A stretch of 4,616 bases of DNA from IMG/VR virus record IMGVR_UViG_2671180680_000003. One strand, given 5' to 3'. The notes below the pieces were generated by a model. The model had not been told where the DNA came from, made no database searches, and was given only the letters and a program-made list of their open reading frames with translations. Position numbers and translations under genes: made by a program. Shown here in pieces: positions 1 through 4,616 of the stretch (within the stretch, counting starts at the first letter, position 1; each line of letters starts with the position of its first letter). Source of the DNA: a virus (taxonomy: Duplodnaviria; Heunggongvirae; Uroviricota; Caudoviricetes).

Positions 1-10
1 CAATGTGCAT

Positions 11-45
11 AAAAAAATCCGGAAACAAGTGAGCGTTTCCGGATT
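11..45 (-). terminator. Putative Rho-independent terminator downstream of the portal gene (minus-strand specific)
   Basis: Plus 16-26 (aatccggaaac) and 35-45 (gtttccggatt) form a perfect 11-bp inverted repeat around an 8-nt loop (27-34). On the minus-strand transcript the stem is followed by a U-run (complement of the A-run at 11-17). On the plus strand the stem is followed by cttac, so it would terminate only minus-strand transcripts. It lies about 30 nt past the portal stop (78-80). Confidence 0.5.
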
Positions 46-77
46 CTTACACAGCCACTGGATCGGTCAACTGATCC

Positions 78-1325
78 TTAACTGATCGGCATTACACCAC
101 CGGGACGCGGATTCATATCTTCCAGGTCGCGGCAGTCATTGGAAGAGTAAATTCCCCAGTTGATCCCGGTGGCGTAGGCTTCAAAACGGGACTTCATATC
201 CCCGCGCAGTAACGCCCCGGCGTTAAATTTGGCGTAATAAACGCCCTGCTTACTTTTTCGTACCAGTCCGGTGTTGATCCGCTGTTCGATGCGGGTCAGA
301 TACGGCACCAGTGAATAGTTGATAAATCCCAGCCCCAGCTCTTCGATATTGTTGAAGGTGGCGCGATCGGTGTTCTGCACCATGTGCAACGGCACCCGGA
401 ACAGACGACAGATTTCTTCCAGCTGAAACTTGCGGGTTTCCAGGAACTGACTGTCCTCGGCGTTCAGCGCCATCGACTTCCAGTCCAGCCCCATTTCCAG
501 AATCATCGGGCGGTGAGCATTGCCAAGCCCCGTGTGACACTCCTCAAAATCTTTCTTCAGACGCTCGTAAGCATCCGGCGTGAGCTTTTGTTCCGTACGC
601 AACACACCGGATGTCACCGCACCATTACTAAACAACCTGGCACCGTGCTCCTCGGTTGCCGCTGCCAGTGAAATGGCCTCACGCGCATACGCAATGGGAT
701 TCAGCCCGACAAGTCCATCCAGCGTCAGGGTGCGCACATGCCAGATTTCATTCTGGGTCAACACATCCACGGAACCATCCGGAAACGTCACCTGATAAAC
801 CGGCTGCCACTGGCTGTTCAGCTTCGGTTCCACACAGCCCGGATCTATCGGAAGAAGCTCCACCACTTCTCCCAGTGCCTTTACCTTGTAGGCGTAAAAA
901 TTCCCCCGTAGACACAGGCAGACAATAACCAGCTCCCAGAATTCCTGCGGTGTCATGTAGCCATTAGGTTTTGCCGAAACCAACTTATGCAGTCGTTCAT
1001 CCACCGCCCGTGTTTTCAGGGTACCGCTGATTTTGTAGAGACTGCAGGGCAGCATACCAACAGACTCTGCCAGCACCCTGACGCAAGAATAGACCGCCGT
1101 CAGGCGCATGGCCCGCTGGCTACTGATCCGCTTTCCGGTATAGGTGTCGTATGACAGCCCGATAGCATCAGCAGTTCTGCTGGCGTGGTCACCGGCACAT
1201 CGCTTTTTCGTTGAAATAATCCCGAAAAGAACACTATTTACCTCCGCCGACAGACTGCCGTGTACGGTCGAGATATCGCGCCACCAGCCACGACCAGAAC
1301 AGGCACAGCGCCCCGGCAACAACAA
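78..1325 (-). CDS. Phage portal protein, HK97-family-like; 5' boundary uncertain
   Basis: Longest ORF is 415 aa with TAA stop at 78-80. It carries the [22 protein letters not shown] motif that I recall as typical of the N-terminal region of HK97-family portals, and it sits directly downstream of the large terminase. The track start at 1325 is a TTG (followed by two more TTG codons) and the first 31 codons overlap the small membrane ORF in another frame. The first in-frame ATG is at 1109..1107 (M73), which would give 343 aa. I found no ATG/GTG/TTG between them. Confidence 0.85.
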   Translation of the reverse strand: MLLPGRCACSGRGWWRDISTVHGSLSAEVNSVLFGIISTKKRCAGDHASRTADAIGLSYDTYTGKRISSQRAMRLTAVYSCVRVLAESVGMLPCSLYKISGTLKTRAVDERLHKLVSAKPNGYMTPQEFWELVIVCLCLRGNFYAYKVKALGEVVELLPIDPGCVEPKLNSQWQPVYQVTFPDGSVDVLTQNEIWHVRTLTLDGLVGLNPIAYAREAISLAAATEEHGARLFSNGAVTSGVLRTEQKLTPDAYERLKKDFEECHTGLGNAHRPMILEMGLDWKSMALNAEDSQFLETRKFQLEEICRLFRVPLHMVQNTDRATFNNIEELGLGFINYSLVPYLTRIEQRINTGLVRKSKQGVYYAKFNAGALLRGDMKSRFEAYATGINWGIYSSNDCRDLEDMNPRPGGVMPIS

Positions 1326-1416
1326 AACCCGCCGGGGGATAAATCAGCCAGGCACCATACGCCAGCAAAAGCGCACCCAGCACGCCCACCAGAGGCGCGA
1401 GAATCAGCATGATCAT
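1234..1416 (-). CDS. Hypothetical small membrane protein (60 aa, two predicted transmembrane helices)
   Basis: ATG at 1416..1414 is preceded by a GAGG Shine-Dalgarno with 5-nt spacing (minus strand ...CTGAGGTAATTATG), 11 nt after the large-terminase stop. The translation [60 protein letters not shown] has two hydrophobic stretches separated by PPAG and a short charged tail. No family recognised; could also be a chance ORF in a hydrophobic-coding frame. Confidence 0.45.
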   Translation of the reverse strand: MIMLILAPLVGVLGALLLAYGAWLIYPPAGFVVAGALCLFWSWLVARYLDRTRQSVGGGK

Positions 1417-1427
1417 AATTACCTCAG

Positions 1428-3161
1428 TTAAAGCGAGCGGATCCCGTAGGACTCAATGTGGTCAGACAGCGTGTCTTCTTTCTCGTACAGCATGGCTCTG
1501 CCAACCGCCATAATCAGCGCAACTGCACCATCGATTTTGTTTTCCGCCTGCTCTTTGACGGGTTTCACCACATCATCGTTACCCGGCATGTTTTTGCCGA
1601 CCACGTTGCCGATACACCAGGTCATGATGGGATTGCCGTCATGATGAAAACGTCCCGATTCAATCGCTGCTTCCAGCTCTTTCATCGGATCGGACATATT
1701 GGTGAAGTTCTGGACGATAGTGACGGGATTCAGGTCTTCATCAGCAAGGTCATGTGACAACCCGGTCGCCCCGAAGGGGTCGATGGGTGACTCACTGACC
1801 GGGCTGATTTTGTTCGCCGCTTTGGCCTCCTCGAGGATGTAGCGATAATCCACCTCCGCACCATCGGTAACGGTCAGAACGCCCATTTCCACCCATTTCT
1901 GAAAGCGTTCGGCTGTCCGTCGATCTTCATTTTTCTCGACGCTGTACACCGTGTCATACGGTACCCAGAAACGCGGGGCCACACTGTAGTAATGCGTTTT
2001 ACCGTCAATCTCGCGGGTATAAAGTCGCGCCATGCTGTTCATATCCAGCTTACGCGCCAGGTCAAAGGCCAGAATGCACGGCTGCCCCTCGAACTGCTCA
2101 AGGGTCAGTGATTTATCCTCGCAGCTCTGCCAGCTCACCAAGTTGAAATACGCCGAACGCGCCGACACCCAGATATTGAGGTGTTTTGTTTTAAAGACGT
2201 TTGCCAGACGGGCGTTATTTTTCGCACGCTGCTGCTGACTTAACAAAAATTCGCGATAAACCGACACGCCAATATTTGGATTGGCTTTTTCCAGCACCTG
2301 CGGGCCGGTCCAGTCGTCACCTTCATCAACGGTATAGATGATCCCGAACAGTTCATCGTTAGGCACCGAGCCGTTGAGCATCTCGATGACTTCCCGCCGC
2401 TTGTCGTAGCACGGCCCCTCAATGTTGTACCCGGCGGTGGTGATGGCCCACATCAGTGGCTGACGTCGCGCCCCCATCCCGGTAAGCATTGTGGTATAAA
2501 GCGCATCGGTGGCATGCTCGTGATATTCATCAACCACGGCACAGTGGGGTGATGAACCATCACCTGGGTTGCCGATCAGCGGTTCAAACCGCGCGCCATC
2601 CTCCGGACGGTTCATGTTTGAGGCGTTAACCTCAATCCCGAACGCTTCCGTCAGCATGGGTGTGCGTTTACACATCAGTCGCGCCGGGCGAAAGACTTCC
2701 CACGCCTGTTTCTCTGTCGTGGCACCGGAATACACTTCCGCGCCAAACTCGTTATCACAGGCAAAACAATACAGGGCAACACCGGCAGAGATTGCTGATT
2801 TGCCGTTCTTACGGGGGATTTCGGTGTACACCTCCCGGAAGCGGCGCAACCGGGTGCCTTTATTGACCCAGCCAAACGCACAGCAGATCACAAATAGCTG
2901 CCACGGCTCCAGCGTGATGGGCATCCGTTTGAATGCCCACTCCCCCTTGGTGTGCGGCAACAGCTGAATAAATTTCGCGGCCCGTTCAGCCAGGTCCTTG
3001 TCGAAGCGGTAACGAAACGACTTACTTTTTTCCGCCATCAGGTCATCAAGATGGCGCTGGCAGGCCTGAATCACAAACTGGCAGGCAACAATCTTTCCGC
3101 GCACGACATCCCGGGCATACTGATTTGCAGCATTTACGTTGGGGTAAGATTTCCGGCTCAT
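1428..3161 (-). CDS. Phage terminase large subunit (ATPase plus nuclease)
   Basis: 577-aa ORF with ATG at 3161..3159 and TAA at 1430..1428. Has a P-loop-like segment ([14 protein letters not shown], residues about 114-127) and a Walker-B-like acidic patch ([10 protein letters not shown]). Size and position (after the small terminase, before the portal) match lambdoid/HK97-type large terminases. Its ATG overlaps the upstream stop as ATGA. Confidence 0.93.
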   Translation of the reverse strand: MSRKSYPNVNAANQYARDVVRGKIVACQFVIQACQRHLDDLMAEKSKSFRYRFDKDLAERAAKFIQLLPHTKGEWAFKRMPITLEPWQLFVICCAFGWVNKGTRLRRFREVYTEIPRKNGKSAISAGVALYCFACDNEFGAEVYSGATTEKQAWEVFRPARLMCKRTPMLTEAFGIEVNASNMNRPEDGARFEPLIGNPGDGSSPHCAVVDEYHEHATDALYTTMLTGMGARRQPLMWAITTAGYNIEGPCYDKRREVIEMLNGSVPNDELFGIIYTVDEGDDWTGPQVLEKANPNIGVSVYREFLLSQQQRAKNNARLANVFKTKHLNIWVSARSAYFNLVSWQSCEDKSLTLEQFEGQPCILAFDLARKLDMNSMARLYTREIDGKTHYYSVAPRFWVPYDTVYSVEKNEDRRTAERFQKWVEMGVLTVTDGAEVDYRYILEEAKAANKISPVSESPIDPFGATGLSHDLADEDLNPVTIVQNFTNMSDPMKELEAAIESGRFHHDGNPIMTWCIGNVVGKNMPGNDDVVKPVKEQAENKIDGAVALIMAVGRAMLYEKEDTLSDHIESYGIRSL

Positions 3162-3554
3162 GATTCGATAATTTTCAGAAACGGGTTAGTGGCTTTCTTC
3201 TGCCCCGCCAGGCCAATCAGACGCTGGCGGCTGCTGGGGTCGAGTCCGAGCATTGCCCCCGTGCTGCTCATCTCGGACTCCTGTTCTTTTTTGGCGGTCA
3301 GCTCCGGATTTTTGACCCTGCCGCCCATTGCACCGGTGATGGTGTTGCCCTGTATGGCAATATTTTTCACGGCACGTCGCCAGAACTCATAGGCCACGCA
3401 CCACCGCTCAAGTACCGCCAGGTCAGTCACGCACAGCAGGCCCTGACCGCAGAGTTCTTTGGTTGTCAGTTGCCACATGATCGTGGCGAGAGGGAGATCT
3501 TCTTCAGCGAACCACTCTGGTGGCTCAACACCTTTGATGGGCGTAAAAACAGGT
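3158..3554 (-). CDS. Phage terminase small subunit, P27-family-like (C-terminal part; N-terminus hidden in the N-run)
   Basis: About 131 readable codons ending at TGA 3158-3160, which overlaps the large-terminase ATG. The C-terminal region ([39 protein letters not shown]) resembles the conserved tail of P27-type small terminases as I remember them. The part of track ORF 3158..4003 upstream of the gap is an artefact of translating N as X. Confidence 0.75.
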
Positions 3555-3881
3555 NNNNNNNNNNNNNNNNNNNNNNNNNNNNNNNNNNNNNNNNNNNNNN
3601 NNNNNNNNNNNNNNNNNNNNNNNNNNNNNNNNNNNNNNNNNNNNNNNNNNNNNNNNNNNNNNNNNNNNNNNNNNNNNNNNNNNNNNNNNNNNNNNNNNNN
3701 NNNNNNNNNNNNNNNNNNNNNNNNNNNNNNNNNNNNNNNNNNNNNNNNNNNNNNNNNNNNNNNNNNNNNNNNNNNNNNNNNNNNNNNNNNNNNNNNNNNN
3801 NNNNNNNNNNNNNNNNNNNNNNNNNNNNNNNNNNNNNNNNNNNNNNNNNNNNNNNNNNNNNNNNNNNNNNNNNNNNNNNNN
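3555..3881. other. Run of 327 N (assembly gap or masked sequence)
   Basis: Directly visible in the sequence. It breaks both the HNH ORF and the small-terminase ORF. All ORFs in the track that cross it are bridged by X and their across-gap continuity is not real evidence. Confidence 1.
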
Positions 3882-4197
3882 GGCAGGGCCAGCACAGACT
3901 CTGCAGGTTGCTGTCTGCGTCTGTTCCGCCATGCGCTTTCGGGATGATGTGGTCGACGGTTTTCGCCTCGCTCACCACACCGACACGCAGACACAACTGA
4001 CACAGACCTTTATCGCGCTTCAGAATACGGGCACGAATCACCGTCCATTTTGAGCCATAGCCACGCTGGTGGCGGCTCAGTCCGCGCTGGTGCTGCACCC
4101 AGCCTTCACCGCGATGTTTATCGCAGTAACCCGAACTGTCTGTGGTTGTACCTGCACATCCACGCTTACGGCAGGCACGTGGGATTAGTGATGGCAT
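3882..4197 (-). CDS. Phage HNH endonuclease (N-terminal about 105 aa; C-terminus hidden in the N-run)
   Basis: ATG at 4197..4195 with GAGGT Shine-Dalgarno 5 nt upstream (minus strand ...GTATGAGGTATTTATG). Translation has an HNH core (DHIIPKAHGGTDADSNLQSLCWPC) with paired CxxC zinc ligands (CQLC and CWPC), plus an N-terminal Cys/His cluster (CRKRGCAG...YCDKH). Sits immediately upstream of the terminase genes, as HNH proteins do in HK97-like packaging modules. Confidence 0.85.
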
Positions 4198-4239
4198 AAA
4201 TACCTCATACCCTGCGAAATGTTTACCACGATAAAAAGG

Positions 4240-4616
4240 CTACTTAATGCACTGAGTGCGGATATACTCCTGTGCCCCTTCCAGTTGCATCTGCATCGTC
4301 ATCAGCCGCTCTCTGAGGGTGAAATAATCCCGTTCAGCGGTGTCTGCCTGTCGGGGGCTGGTTGCATTATCCACGCCGGAGGCGGTGGTGGCTTCACGCA
4401 CTGACTGACAGACTGCTTTGATGTGCAACCGACGACGACCAGCGGCAACATCAGCGCGCAGAGTTTCATTTTCAGCTTTCGCATCAGCTAACTCCTTCGT
4501 GTATTTAGCATCGAGTGCATTAACATCACGCTGTCTCTGCTGCATGTCAGTAATGGTTGCGTTCGCCAGCTTCAGTTCTCTTGCGTTTTTGTCGCGCTGC
4601 TCTTTGTAGGTAATGG
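4240..4616 (-). CDS. Rz: Spanin inner-membrane subunit Rz (i-spanin), 5'-truncated by the window edge
   Basis: The track ORF starts at an internal Met (4545) but the frame stays open to the window end. My hand translation of 4546..4614 gives ...[24 protein letters not shown], which continues without a break into [26 protein letters not shown]...[25 protein letters not shown]...[11 protein letters not shown]. This is near-identical to my recollection of lambda Rz. TAG stop at 4240-4242. The N-terminal TM segment would lie beyond position 4616. Confidence 0.92.
   Translation of the reverse strand, partial: ITYKEQRDKNARELKLANATITDMQQRQRDVNALDAKYTKELADAKAENETLRADVAAGRRRLHIKAVCQSVREATTASGVDNATSPRQADTAERDYFTLRERLMTMQMQLEGAQEYIRTQCIK
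4302..4484 (-). CDS. Rz1: Spanin outer-membrane lipoprotein subunit Rz1 (o-spanin), embedded in Rz in another frame
   Basis: 60-aa [63 protein letters not shown] with a signal peptide plus lipobox (VVGC) and a proline-rich mature region, closely matching lambda Rz1 from memory. It has its own strong Shine-Dalgarno (minus strand AAGGAGTTAGCTGATG) and lies wholly inside Rz in a different frame. Confidence 0.9.
   Translation of the reverse strand: MRKLKMKLCALMLPLVVVGCTSKQSVSQCVKPPPPPAWIMQPAPDRQTPLNGIISPSESG

Noticed and set aside
60-77. Short inverted repeat GGATC...GATCC abutting the portal stop
   Set aside because: Only a 5-bp stem with an 8-nt loop and no U-run; too weak to call a structure, and it contains GATC palindromes that self-pair trivially.
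250-540. Minus-strand 96-aa ORF in an alternative frame inside the portal gene
   Set aside because: Same strand as the portal but out of frame, with low-complexity Gly/Arg/Ala-rich translation and no start context; an overlapping-frame artefact.
384-928. Plus-strand ORFs 384..671, 580..795 and 656..928 (71-95 aa)
   Set aside because: They lie entirely antisense to the well-supported portal gene, have no recognisable motifs, and their translations are Arg/Pro/His-rich in the way shadow frames usually are.
1144-1757. Plus-strand ORFs 1144..1431, 1456..1644 and 1458..1757
   Set aside because: Antisense to the portal, small membrane ORF and large terminase; no ribosome-binding sites or motifs; compositional artefacts.
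2032-3392. ORFs inside the large-terminase region (2032..2238 +, 2240..2422 -, 2569..2967 +, 2660..2866 +, 2675..2881 -, 2952..3392 +)
   Set aside because: All are embedded in or antisense to the 577-aa terminase ORF, which has clear P-loop and Walker-B motifs; none has features of a real gene.
3459-4003. ORFs bridging the N-run (3459..3947 +, 3470..4000 +, 3525..3932 -) and the gap-crossing extensions of 3158..4003 and 3466..4197
   Set aside because: Continuity across the gap comes only from translating N as X. The segment of 3158..4003 upstream of the gap overlaps the HNH gene out of frame, and the segment of 3466..4197 downstream of the gap overlaps the small terminase out of frame.
4219-4609. 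Plus-strand ORFs 4219..4404 and 4418..4609
   Set aside because: Antisense to Rz/Rz1, whose identity is strongly supported; no start signals.
1-4616. CRISPR arrays, tRNA or rRNA genes, IS elements or integrase
   Set aside because: I saw no direct-repeat/spacer periodicity, no tRNA-like cloverleaf region (the window is almost all protein-coding on one strand), and no transposase-like or integrase-like translation in any frame.

Overview
This window is a single minus-strand late-gene block of a lambdoid (E. coli-type) prophage. Reading 5' to 3' on the minus strand it contains: the C-terminal two thirds of a lambda-like i-spanin Rz (running off the window end) with the o-spanin lipoprotein Rz1 embedded in it; a phage HNH endonuclease (C-terminus lost in an N-run); a 327-nt block of N (3555..3881); the C-terminal part of a P27-type small terminase subunit; a large terminase subunit (577 aa) whose ATG overlaps the small-subunit stop (ATGA); a 60-aa two-helix membrane ORF; an HK97-type portal protein; and a strand-specific intrinsic terminator hairpin. 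All plus-strand ORFs in the track look like antisense shadows of these genes. I see no rRNA, tRNA, CRISPR array, IS element or integrase. I do not see a convincing novel system: the region is an ordinary lysis-to-packaging module. The points worth a second look are the small membrane ORF overlapping the portal start, the uncertain portal start codon, the masked block that probably hides the cos region, the lambda-type lysis / HK97-type packaging junction, and the terminator straight after the portal gene. All family assignments are from reading the translations and from memory of these protein families; no database search was run.
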